Below are positions 1-12,818 of a stretch of DNA of 44,567 nt, one piece after another. The notes beneath the pieces were generated by a model. It worked only from the letters and a program-made list of their open reading frames with translations, ran no database searches and had not been told where the DNA came from. This DNA is from Eledone cirrhosa. Its lineage: Eukaryota. The stretch covers positions 1 to 44,567 of the forward strand of contig CAXHJY010001077.1 in assembly GCA_964016885.1 (NCBI GenBank), read 5' to 3'. Made by a program: the position numbers and the translations under genes. The number at the start of each line of letters is the position of its first letter. The first letter of the stretch is position 1.

Positions 1-54
<54 letters not shown>

Positions 55-563
55 GATATATATAATATATAGATATATATAATATATAGATATATATATA
101 TCTATATATATCTATATATATCTATATATATAATATTATATATATATATATAGATATATATATATCTATATATATATATATAATATATATATATATATAA
201 TATATAGATATATATAATATATAGATATATATAATATATAGATATATATATATCTATATATATCTATATATATCTATATATATAATATTATATATATATA
301 TATAGATATATATATATCTATATATATATATATATATATCTATATATATAATATTATATATATATATAATATTATATATATATATAATATTATATATATA
401 TAATATTATATATATATAATATTATATATATATATAATATTATATATATATAATATTATATATATATATATAATATTATATATATATAATATTATATATA
501 TATAATGTTATATATATATAGATATATATAGATATATATAGATATATATAGATATATATATAT

Positions 564-600
<37 letters not shown>

Positions 601-711
601 TATATATAGATATATAGATATATATAGATATATATATAGATATATATATATATATATATATATAGATATATATATAGATATATTTATATATATAGAGAGA
701 GATATATATAT

Positions 712-760
<49 letters not shown>

Positions 761-817
761 TATATATATATATATAGATATATATATATATATATAGAGA
801 GAGAGATATATATATAG

Positions 818-856
<39 letters not shown>

Positions 857-867
857 TATATATATAG

Positions 868-906
<39 letters not shown>

Positions 907-917
907 TATATATATAG

Positions 918-948
<31 letters not shown>

Positions 949-967
949 GAGAGAGATATATATATAG

Positions 968-998
<31 letters not shown>

Positions 999-1059
999 GA
1001 GAGAGATATATATATAGATATATATATATATTTATATATATAGAGAGAGATATATATAT

Positions 1060-1108
<49 letters not shown>

Positions 1109-3087
1109 TATATATATATATAGATATATAGAGATATATATATATATAGATATATAGATATATATAGATATAGAGATATATATATATATATATATATAGA
1201 TATAGAGATAGATATATATAGATATAGAGATATATATATATATAGATATAGAGATAGAGATATATATATATAGATATATATATATATAGATATATATAGA
1301 TATAGAGATATATATATATAGATATATATATATATAGATATATATATATATAGATATATATATATAGATATATATATATATAGATATATATATATATAGA
1401 TATATATATATAGATATATATATATATAGATATATATATATAGATATATATAGATATATATATATAGATATATATATATATAGATATATATATAGATATA
1501 TATATATATAGATATATATATAGATATATATAGATATATAGATATATATATATATAGATATATAGATATATATATATATATAGATATATATATATATAGA
1601 TATATATATATATATAGATATATAGATATATATATATATAGATATATATATATATAGATATATATATATATAGATATATATATATATATATAGATATATA
1701 TATATATAGATATATACATATATATATAGATATATATAGATATATATATATAGATATATATATAGAGATATATAGATATATACATATAGATATATATATA
1801 TATATATATAGATATATATATAGATATATATATAGATATATATATATATATAGATATATATATATATATAGATATATACATATATATATAGATATATAGA
1901 TATATATATAGATATATATATATATATAGATATATATATATATATAGATATATACATATATATATAGATATATACATATATATATAGATATATACATATA
2001 TATATAGATATATACATATATATATAGATATATACATATAGATATATATATATAGATATATATATAGATATATATATATATATAGATATAGATATATATA
2101 TATATATAGATAGATAGATAGATATATATAGATATATATATAGATAGATAGATATATATAGATATATAGATATATATATAGATATATATAGATATATATA
2201 GATATATAGATATATATATAGATATAGATATATAGATATATAGATATAGATATATAGATATATATATATAGATATATAGATATAGATATATAGATATATA
2301 GATATAGATATATATAGATATATATATAGATATAGATATATAGATATATAGATATAGATATATAGATATAGATATATAGATATATATATATAGATATATA
2401 GATATAGATATATAGATATAGATATATAGATATAGATATATAGATATATAGATATAGATATATAGATATATAGATATAGATATATAGATATATATATATA
2501 GATATATAGATATAGATATATAGATATATATATATAGATATATAGATATATAGATATAGATATATAGATATATATATATAGATATATATATATAGATATA
2601 TAGATATATAGATATATATATATAGATATATATATATAGATATATAGATATATAGATATATATATATAGATATATAGATATATATATATAGATATAGATA
2701 TATAGATATATAGATATAGATATATAGATATATAGATATAGATATATAGATATATAGATATATATATATAGATATATATATATAGATATATAGATATATA
2801 GATATATAGATATATAGATATATAGATATAGATATATAGATATATAGATATAGATATATATATATAGATATATATATATATAGATATATAGATATATAGA
2901 TATAGATATATATAGATATATATAGATATAGATATATATAGATATAGATATATATATATATAGATATAGATATATAGATATAGATATAGATATATATATA
3001 TATAGATATAGATATATATATATATAGATATAGATATATATAGATATAGATATATATATAGATATAGATATATATAGATATAGATAT

Positions 3088-3122
<35 letters not shown>

Positions 3123-3901
3123 TAGATATATATATAGATAGATAGATATATATATAGATATATAGATATAGATATATATATAGATATATAGATATATATA
3201 TATAGATATAGATATAGATATAGATATATATATATATATAGATATATATATATATATATAGATATATATATATAGATATATATATATAGATATATATATA
3301 TAGATATATAGATATAGATATATAGATATAGATATATAGATATATAGATATATAGATATATAGATATAGATATATAGATATACATATATAGATATAGATA
3401 TATAGATATAGATATATAGATATAGATATATAGACATATAGATATATAGATATATACATATAGATATATAGACATATAGATATATAGATATATACATATA
3501 GATATATAGACATATAGATATATAGATATATACATATAGATATATAGATATATAGATATAGATATATAGATATATAGATATATAGATATAGATATATAGA
3601 TATATAGATATAGATATATAGATATATAGATATAGATATATAGATATAGATATATATATATATAGATATAGATATATATATATAGATATAGATATATATA
3701 TATATATATATAGATATATAGATATAGATATATAGATATAGATATATAGATATATATATATAGATATAGATATATAGATATATAGATATATATCTATATA
3801 TCTATATATCTATATATCTATATATCTATATATCTAGATATATAGATATATATATAGATATATATATATAGATATATATATAGATATATATATAGATATA
3901 T
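1..3901. repeat. Very long degenerate (TA)n/(TAGA) microsatellite tract
   Basis: Continuous TA with interspersed G (TAGA) and some C/A variants for ~3.9 kb; source of the spurious Ile/Tyr ORFs on -. Confidence 0.98.
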
Positions 3902-4055
3902 ATAGGAACCAGTAAGACCCCGACAGCTGAGCTCAAGCCGTTTCGACGGCTAATTCTGGACGTCCAGAATTAGCCGTCGAAACGGCTTGAGCTCAGCTGT
4001 CGGGGTCTTACTGGTTCCTATTACCCACTCTACTACCTCAAGTATTGAGTACTTT
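3902..4055. mobile_element. Perfect 120-bp palindrome (3902-4021) plus flanking family motif; probable Penelope-like pLTR remnant
   Basis: Arms are exact reverse complements centred on ggac|gtcc (3961/3962), followed by ctctactacctcaagtattgagtac; related sequence at 24900-25063. Confidence 0.6.
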
Positions 4056-4098
4056 GGTGCGTTATGGTCCACCTGGTTCCTTACCACATTTCCTTCGT

Positions 4099-4529
4099 TA
4101 TAGATATAGATATATAGATATATAGATATAGATATATAGATATATAGATATATATATATAGATATATATATAGATATATATAGATATATATATATATATA
4201 TAGATATAGATATATATATATAGATATATAGATATATATATATAGATATATATATATATATATATATAGATATATATAGATATAAGATATATATATATAA
4301 GATATATATATATAAGATATATAGATATATATATATAAGATATATATATATAAGCTATATATATATAATATAGATATAGATATATAAGATATATATATAT
4401 GATATATATATAGATATATAGATATAGATATATATATATAAGATATATATATATAAGATATATAGATATAGATATAGATATATAGATATAGATATATAGA
4501 TATAGATATATATAATATATATATATATA
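4099..4529. repeat. Degenerate (TA)n/(TAGA) microsatellite
   Basis: Directly visible. Confidence 0.95.
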
Positions 4530-4530
4530 C

Positions 4531-5644
4531 AAACAGGTAATACACTCATCTGGGACCACCTACAAAGCGTAAACAGGTAATACATACGTCTACGACCACA
4601 TACAACGCGTAAACAGGTAATACATACGTCTACGACCACATACAACGCGCAAACAGGTAATACATACGTCTAGGACCACATACAACGCGTAAACAGGTAA
4701 TACATACGTCTACGACCACATACAACGCGCAAACAGGTAATACATACGTCTAGGACCACATACAACGCGCAAACAGGTAATACATACGTCTAGGACCACA
4801 TACAACACACAAACAGGTAATACATACGTCTAGGACCACATACAACACACAAATAGGTAATACATACGTCTAGGACCACATACAACACACAAACAGGTAA
4901 TACATACGTCTAGGACCACATACAACACAGAAACAGGTAATACACACATCTAGGACCACATACAACACAGAAACAGGTAATACACACATCTGGGACCACA
5001 TACAACACACAAACAGGTAATACACACATCTGGAACCACATACAACACAGAAACAGGTAATACATACGTCTAAGACCACATAAAACTCACAAACAGGTAA
5101 TACACACATCTGGAACCACATACAACACACAAACAGGTAATACATACGTCTAAGACCACATAAAACTCACAAACAGGTAATACACACATCTGGGACCACA
5201 TACAACACAGAAACAGGTAATACACACATCTGGGACCACATACAACACAGAAACAGGTAATACACACATCTGGGACCACATACAACACAGAAAAAGGTAA
5301 TACACACATCTGGGACCACATACAACACAGAAACAGGTAATACACACATCTGGGACCACATACAACACAGAAACAGGTAATACACACATCTGGGACCACA
5401 TACAACACAGAAACAGGTAATACACACATCTGGGACCACGTACAACACAGAAACAGGTAATACACACATCTGGGACCACGTACAACACAGAAACAGGTAA
5501 TACACACATCTGGGACCACGTACAACACACAAACAGGTAATACACACATCTGGGACCACATACAACACACAAACAGGTAATACACACATCTGGGACCACG
5601 TACAACACACAAACAGGTAATACATACGTCTAGGGCCACATACA
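4531..5644 (+). repeat. 40-bp minisatellite, ~28 copies
   Basis: Unit aaacaggtaatacacacatctgggaccacatacaacacag recurs every 40 nt, with variants clustered by position. Confidence 0.97.
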
Positions 5645-5854
5645 TCAAAAGGAAAGCGAAAGGGCTGGACAAACGAACCGCTACCAGAACAAAAGATAAC
5701 AATATAGCGAGGGTCACTGGGAACCTCTGTAATATTTTTTTAGGCAAGCCGGCACACGGGTGATGGCGAGGCTGGTGCGGTGAGCAGCCAAGCGCCCTCA
5801 CGAGCATCACCAGTTACCTCGGTTACATAATATCTCTGGCTTTTTTAGTCGTTG

Positions 5855-6070
5855 TTACATTGTTGTTACCCCGGGGCAGCCATGCTCCAGCAGTTCCATG
5901 ATCAGAAACGTTCCAACAATGACTATTCCATTAAAAATGTTTATTTGTTTTTTTCAATTCAAGCATAGTGTATGTTTGTAAGGGTGGGATTTGAGGGAGA
6001 TTCACCTGTTGGTTTTGGCAGGTCTAGCGGCCAAGAATAGGTACAAGTTTGTTGTTATTTCTAGCAGTCT
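5855..6070 (-). mobile_element. Degenerate SINE-like repeat with (CAA) tail
   Basis: Reverse-complement similarity to 18680-18845 (tagaaatagcagcc ... gggctaaacaacaac). Confidence 0.45.
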
Positions 6071-6174
6071 ATTATTTAAAAAAGATCGTGTCTATTACTT
6101 GTATATATTATGTAGGAGTTTGCTTACGCATATACACACACACACACACACACACATATATATGTGTGTATATA

Positions 6175-6353
6175 TAATTGTTTCTACTTTAGGCACAAGG
6201 CCAGCAAATACCCAGTGCATTACTGGTACTTTATTTTATCGACCCCGTAAGGATGAAAGGCAAAGTCAACCTCGGCGGGATTTGAACTCAGATCGTAAAG
6301 GGACGTAACTATGCTGGAAAGCATGGCGTCCAACCCTCTACCGATACTGCCAA
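6175..6353 (-). mobile_element. tRNA-derived SINE (Meta-domain-like)
   Basis: Reverse complement of the 11643 and 43938 copies: B-box gagttcaaatcc, body gccgaggttgactttgcctttcatccttacggggtcgataaaataaagtaccag. Confidence 0.85.
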
Positions 6354-6932
6354 AATGTATACATGTGTGTGTGAGTGTGGTTCGTTTTAGCCGTTTTCAC
6401 TCAATCGCGTTGGGAGTACAAACAAATAGCAGATACATACATGTGTGTATAGGACTATTTTCATAGTAAAAAAAAATACGTGCCTAAAATTAGATCATAT
6501 TTACACACACACATCATCATTATCATCATCATCATCATCATTATCATCATCATCATCATCATACGTCCGCTTTTCCCTGCTTGCAAGGGTGGGACGATAT
6601 ATATATATATATATATGTATATATAGGTGGATGGGTGGGCTAGTGTCTGTTTACTAAACAATATTTAATGAAGAGTGTTCTATATACAGGTGTGTATCTG
6701 TGGTTCTGGCTAACTATATTCCCCTCTCTCATTACAATTGTCTTCTACTTCTGTAAACAAGTGAACATTAGACCAAAAGATAGCTGTCGTCCTTTGACAC
6801 CACAACATCGCTCACCCCCCAGCTATCACATACGTTTGTAAATATAGATCTTCCAATCCTAATTCTGGCCATCCGTAATCCTAAAACATGTCCGCGCCAA
6901 TGGATGTTTACTTAGCTCCCTAAACACCATTT

Positions 6933-7290
6933 TATAAAATACACCCAGTACACTCTGTAAAGTGGTAGTGTTGGTGCCATGATAAAATACACCCAGTACA
7001 CTCTGCAAAGTGGTAGGTTTGGTGCCATGATAAAATACACCCAGTACACTCTGTAAAGTGGTAGTGTTGGTGTCACGATGAAATACACCCAATACACTCT
7101 GTAAAGTGGTAGTGTTGGTGCCATGATGAAATACACCCAGTACACTCTGCAAAGTGGTAGGTTTGGTGCCATGATAAAATACACCCAGTACACTCTGTAA
7201 AGTGGTAGTGTTGGTGTCACGATGAAATACACCCAGTACACTCTGTAAAGTGGTTAGCATTAGGAAGTGTGTCTAACTGTAGAAACCATG
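6933..7290 (+). repeat. 48-bp minisatellite (~6.5 copies) inside a SINE/RTE-related body
   Basis: Unit aaatacacccagtacactctgtaaagtggtagtgttggtgccatgata; runs into a degenerate gtggttggcgttaggaagggcatccagctgtagaaacc motif seen elsewhere in the window. Confidence 0.9.
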
Positions 7291-7611
7291 GCATGGTGAT
7301 GACGACGATGTTAATGATGATGGTGATGACGATGATGATGATATTGGTGGTGATAATGATAAAACACATGTCGCAACAACACTTCACTTTCTGTAGAGTA
7401 ATAGATGAAAGTTTGATGTGAAGCACATCACTTCATATTATATACAAAGTAGAAGACATTGACATAAACTGTGATGTCAGTTATAACTTCTGGTGACAGG
7501 TGAAGAAGAGACAGCATATGTCAGTCAACTCTACCTAACAATTCATAGACCTCTCAAACTTGGCATTTCTCAGAATATTGTCAACTTTTCTTCTTGTTGT
7601 TTATGTAATAT

Positions 7612-8800
7612 GGGCTTTGCAATCACATGGTTCTGGGTTTAGTCTCAGTGTGTGGCACTTTGGACAGGTGTCTAGGTGTCTTCTACTATAGCCTCACTAT
7701 GTGGCACTTTGGACAGGTGTCTAGGTGTCTTCTACTATAGCCTCACTATGTGACACCTTGGACAGGTGTCTAGGTGTCTTCTACTATAGCCTCACTATGT
7801 GGCACTTTGGACAGGTGTCTAGGTGTCTTCTACTATAGCCTCACTATGTGACACCTTGGACAGGTGTCTAGGTGTCTTCTACTATAGCCTCACTATGTGA
7901 CACCTTGGACAGGTGTCTAGATGTCTTCTACTATAGCCTCACTATGTGGCACTTTGGACAGGTGTCTAGATGTCTTCTACTATAGCCTCACTATGTGGCA
8001 CTTTGGACAGGTGTCTAGATGTCTTCTACTATAGCCTCACTATGTGACACCTTGGACAGGTGTCTAGGTGTCTTCTATTATAGCCTCACTATGTGGCACT
8101 TTGGACAGGTGTCTAGATGTCTTCTACTATAGCCTCACTATGTGACACCTTGGACAGGTGTCTAGGTGTCTTCTATTATAGCCTCACTATGTGACACCTT
8201 GGACAGGTGTCTAGGTGTCTTCTATTATAGCCTCACTATGTGACACCTTGGACAGGTGTCTAGGTGTCTTCTACTATAGCCTCACTATGTGACACCTTGG
8301 ACAGGTGTCTAGGTGTCTTCTACTATAGCCTCACTATGTGACACCTTGGACAGGTGTCTAGATGTCTTCTATTATAGCCTCACTATGTGACACCTTGGAC
8401 AGGTGTCTAGATGTCTTCTATTATAGCCTCACTATGTGACACCTTGGACAGGTGTCTAGGTGTCTTCTATTACAGCCTCACTATGTGACACCTTGGACAG
8501 GTGTCTAGATGTCTTCTATTATAGCCTCACTATGTCGCACCTTGGACAGGTGTCTAGGTGTCTTCTATTATAGCCTCACTATGTGGCACCTTGGACAGGT
8601 GTCTAGGTGTCTTCTACTATAGCCTCACTATGTGGCACCTTGGACAGGTGTCTAGATGTCTTCTATTATAGCCTCACTATGTGACACCTTGGACAGTTGT
8701 TTTCTATTATAGCCTCCCAGTGTGACACCTTGGACAGGTGTCTTCTACTATAGCCTCGCAGTGTGGCACCTTGGACAGGTGTCTAGGTGTCTTCTATAGT
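7612..8800 (+). repeat. 49-bp minisatellite (~23 copies) expanded from a SINE segment
   Basis: Unit cactatgtgacaccttggacaggtgtctaggtgtcttctactatagcct, preceded by a SINE-head-like cacatggttctgggtttagtctcagtgtgtggcac; decayed single-copy relative at ~26535-26655. Confidence 0.92.
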
Positions 8801-9054
8801 CTTGCACATGTGCTACATGCAGGACAAAGAATCACAGCAGAGACAGTAAAGGCATCCAAAGTTAAGACATCTGAGAACTTTGGGATTAAGCTATAATCCA
8901 ACTTCAGATCAGCAAATAAAATGACTCTGGCAGACCATCTACCGACTTTGTAATAGATGTCCCCCTCCACAGATGCTATCAGGAGCGCTTCTAGGGTTCT
9001 CCTCTCTTTAGAGAAGTACATCCTAGCTAGGTGGTGAGAATACTTTGCTGATCT

Positions 9055-9912
9055 TAGGCAATGTCTTTCATTAGAAATATGGTAATGAAAGGGTTAATAA
9101 CAATGGATTTCATTAGAAATATGGTAACGGAAGGGTAAACATAGGTGGTGTCTTTCATTAGAAATATGGCAATGAAAGGGTAAATGACATAGACAATGTC
9201 TTTCATTAGAAATATGGCAATGAAAGGGTAAATGACATAGACAGTGTCTTTCATTAGAAATATGGTAATGAAAGGGTTAATGAAATAGACAGTGTCTTTC
9301 ATTAGAAATATGGTAATGAAAGGGTAAATGACATAGACAGTGTCTTTCATTAGAAATATGGCAATGAAAGGGTAAATGACATAGACAGTGTCTTTCATTA
9401 GAAATATGGTAATGAAAGGGTAAATGACATAGACAGTGTCTTTCATTAGAAATATGGTAATGAAAGGGTAAATGACAGACAGTGCCTTTCATTAAAAATA
9501 TGGTAAATGACATAAACAGTGTCTTTCATTACAAATATGGTAATGAAAGGGTAAATGACATAGACAGTGTCTTTCATTAGAAATACGGTAATGAAAGGGT
9601 AAATGACATAGACAGTGTCTTTCATTAAAAATATGCTAATGAAAGGGTTAATGACATAGACAGTGTCTTTCATTAGGAATATGCTAATGAAAGGGTTAAT
9701 GACATAGACAGTGTCTTTCATTAGAAATACGGTAATGAATGAGTTAATGACATAGACAGTGTCTTTCATTAGATATATGGTAATGAAAGGGTTATACATT
9801 GTCCTTATTTAAATTAGGTCAGTTTAATTACATAGACAGTGTCTTTCATTAGAAATATGGTAATGAAAGGGTTATACATTGTCCTTATTTAAATTAGGTC
9901 AGTTTAATTACT
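9055..9912. repeat. 48-bp minisatellite (~16 copies) with an internal hairpin
   Basis: Unit gacagtgtctttcattagaaatatggtaatgaaagggtaaatgacata; stem ctttcatta/taatgaaag; reverse-complement monomers at ~36572-36615 and ~42163-42187. Confidence 0.93.
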
Positions 9913-10694
9913 TTTAAAAAATTCATCAATCATTTTTCTCTTTTCATTTATTTTACAGGTGAATACATTTACACTCACACCTCACCTGAGAGTGGCACAA
10001 ACTCCGAGACTGACGGGAGGGGTCGATACATTCAAGTATCCCCTCCCCTAAAAAGGCTGGCCTTGTGCTAAAAGTCAACAATTATTACTGCTGCTGTCGC
10101 CGTCATTGCCATCTCGGATAAATGGGAACAACTTTGAATAAATCTGAGAGACCAAAACACAAGTGAAATTTTTTGAAGCAATACACATTGCACTGACTGC
10201 TAAACTACTTAATTAATTAAAACACCACAGCTTAATTAAAGCTGTGTGTGTGTGTTTTGCTTGATTTCTTTTCTTAGTTTGTTTTGTGGGGAACTTGTGA
10301 TTTTTATTTCTGTATTCTTGGCATATTAAAAATAATAACTATTATATTTGTAATTAACTAAAATAAATTAACAGGTGAAACTGATGTTTGTTTAAAACAA
10401 AATGTAACACCTCCACCTTCAACCCTTCTCCTCTCCCAAAAGAAAAAAAAACGTTCTTCAAAGCAAAGAGAGAGAGAGAGGGAGAGATTTGTTACATGAA
10501 ACAGTTAAACACACATACCAAAACATATACTAAATAAAAAATAACACAAGTAACTGTATAATATAGTATATACACACACACATATATATATATATAAATA
10601 TATATAGCAATAACAGATTTATTTAACAGAATTTTATCTACAACTGTTCCAATCTGCCGAACACATCTACCTCTGTGTTTAGGAACTATACACA

Positions 10695-10734
10695 ATGAAC
10701 CAAGACGTCAATAAATGCCACAATGGAACACCTC
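10695..10734 (+). CDS. PANK: Pantothenate kinase, first coding exon (MNQDVNKCHNGTP-)
   Basis: ATG at 10695; 40 nt ending in a phase-1 donor c|gtaagt that joins the 11891 exon in frame; short N-terminus as in PANK3/PANK1beta. Confidence 0.75.
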
Positions 10735-11034
10735 GTAAGTATTACCATTTCTCTATTCTTCTACTGGTGTCAGTCATTAGAGTGTGGCCGTGCTGGGGCA
10801 TTATATGTATATTTCTTTACATAAACTGACTGTTAACCCTTTTGTTACCAACCCAGCCAAAACCAGCTCTGGTTTCATAGATGAAATAAAACCACCCATT
10901 TTAAAGGTTTCCATTTCAAATTAAAATCTTCCGACATTTGTACATTATTCTATGTACTATACATGCACCTTTGATGAGTTGTAGTGCACCTGAACATTGT
11001 TCACAATATTTTATTATTATTATTATCATTATGA

Positions 11035-11852
11035 ATTGGCAGTATTGGTAGAGAGTCGGACGCCATGCTCTCTAGCTTAGTTACGTCCCATTACGGTCTG
11101 AGTTCCAATTCCCGCCAAGGTTAAATTTGCCTTTCATTCTTACGGGGTTGATAAAATAAAGTACCAGTAATGCACTAGCATAATTGCTGGCCTTGTGCCA
11201 AAAGTAGAAACAATTATAATTTTATATAGGGACCTTAGGAATGAAATAGTGAGACATTTACTGTGGATCATTGAGTTCTGAGTTTAAATCCTGCTTGTAT
11301 CATCATCATCAGTGATAAAATAAATACTAATCTAATCATGGGTGACATTTAATCAACACTAACCCCCACCCTATCCCCAAATATTGCTGGCTTTGTTCCA
11401 ATGTCATAATATATTGGTAGATTGGCAAATTGGTAGAGCGTTGGGCAACAAGGCTTTACTACATAGTTATGTCCCTTTACGTTCTCGCCAAGGTTAGCTT
11501 TGCTTTTCAACCTTATGGAGTTCATAAAATAAAGTACCAGTAATCTACTGGGGTCGATTAATCGACTTTCCCTCCCCACTCCTCCAAAATGCTGGCCTTG
11601 TACTTAAATCAGAAACTGCTATTATTATTATATTTTATATAAGGGCGGTGGATTGGCAGAATCGGTAGAGCGTTGGACGCCATGCTTTCCAGCATAGTTA
11701 CGTCCCTTTACGATCTGAGTTCAAATCCCGCCGAGGTTGACTTTGCCTTTCATCCTTACGAGGTCGATCAAACAAAGTACTAGAAATGCACTAAACGATT
11801 TAATTGACTTGCCCTCAAATTGTTGGCCTTGTGCCTCAGAAACCATTATTAT
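11035..11852 (+). mobile_element. Cluster of ~4 head-to-tail tRNA-derived SINE copies in PANK intron 1
   Basis: A-box tggcagaatcgg, B-box gagttcaaatcc, and a shared body and tail (gctggccttgtgcc...agaaac) at ~11035, ~11270 (degenerate), ~11420 and 11643. Confidence 0.8.
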
Positions 11853-11890
11853 ATTTTATATCTTGGTGTTATGTAATGTTTGTTCTATAG

Positions 11891-12243
11891 CGATGCCTTG
11901 GTTTGGTATGGACATCGGAGGGACACTAACGAAGCTTGTTTACTTTGAGCCGAAGGATGTGTCCGACCAAGGGGACACCGAACAGCTGGAAACACTTTGT
12001 ACTATACGGAAATACCTGACAGGCAATGTTGCCTATGGTCAGACGGGCATTCGAGATGTCCATCTGGAGATGCCTGACCAACATATTGGAGGAAAGAGAG
12101 GCAGTCTACATTTCATTAGATTCCCCACCAATGACATGATGCGATTCATTGAACTTGCTCGTTCCAAGAACTTCTCCAAATTAGCGAAAGCAATTTGTGC
12201 GACAGGAGGTGGCGCCTATAAATTTGAGTCTGATTTCAAAGAG
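11891..12243 (+). CDS. PANK: Pantothenate kinase exon 2
   Basis: tag|cgATGCCT..GAG|gt; encodes [19 protein letters not shown]...[10 protein letters not shown] (type II PanK phosphate-1 motif); 353 nt. Confidence 0.97.
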
Positions 12244-12255
12244 GTATAGTTTCAC

Positions 12256-12790
12256 ATCTTCCTCCTCCTCCTCCTCCTTTCCTTCCTCTTCCTCTTCCCC
12301 CCTCCCCCCCCCCATCTTTCTCCTTCCCCTCCTCTTTCTCCTCCTCATTTTCCTCTTCCTCCTCCTTATCTTCCTCCTCCTCTTCCTCCTCTTTCTCTTC
12401 TTCATCCTCCTTCTCCTCCTCCTCTTCTTCATTCTCCTCCTCCTATTCTTCATTCTCCTCTTCCTTCTCTTGCTCTTCTTCTTCTTCCTCCTCCTCTTCT
12501 TCATCCTATTCCTCTTCCTCTTCCTCATCCTGTCTTGTATTATATCTTTTGTGTTATCACCATCATCTTCATCATCATCGGTGTCATCATCATCACTACT
12601 TACACACAGTGACACTACTGCTACACACACACACCACCACCAACACACCACTTCACCACCACACACACCATCACAAAAACCACTACACACATTCACAACA
12701 CACACACTACTATTTCACCACCACTGCTACACACACCACTACCACCCTCACCACTACCACCCTCACCACTACCACCCTCACCACTTCATG
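12256..12790. repeat. Low-complexity (CTT/CCT)n, (CAT)n and (CAC)n filling PANK intron 2
   Basis: Directly visible. Confidence 0.9.
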
Positions 12791-12818
12791 ATAACTACAC
12801 TCTACCTTTCTTCTACAG

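Noticed and set aside
508-3535. 800-1000 aa Ile/Tyr ORFs (also at 21-25 kb and 43.7 kb)
   Set aside because: Translations of TA microsatellite in several overlapping frames, with no domain content
4531-5644. CRISPR-like regular array (also 7650-8800 and 13731-15311)
   Set aside because: Head-to-tail units with no unique spacers, no cas genes, eukaryotic context
5760-5812. Faint resemblance on - to the 7SK 5' end (gtgagggcg..ggctgc)
   Set aside because: The paired GAUC motifs and the 3' stem are not recognisable, and the match is short
11643-11735. tRNA gene (also 29288 and 43938)
   Set aside because: A/B boxes run into SINE bodies, with no complete cloverleaf
11737-11890. N-terminal extension of the 170-aa PANK ORF
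   Set aside because: Derived from SINE and intron sequence upstream of the acceptor at 11890
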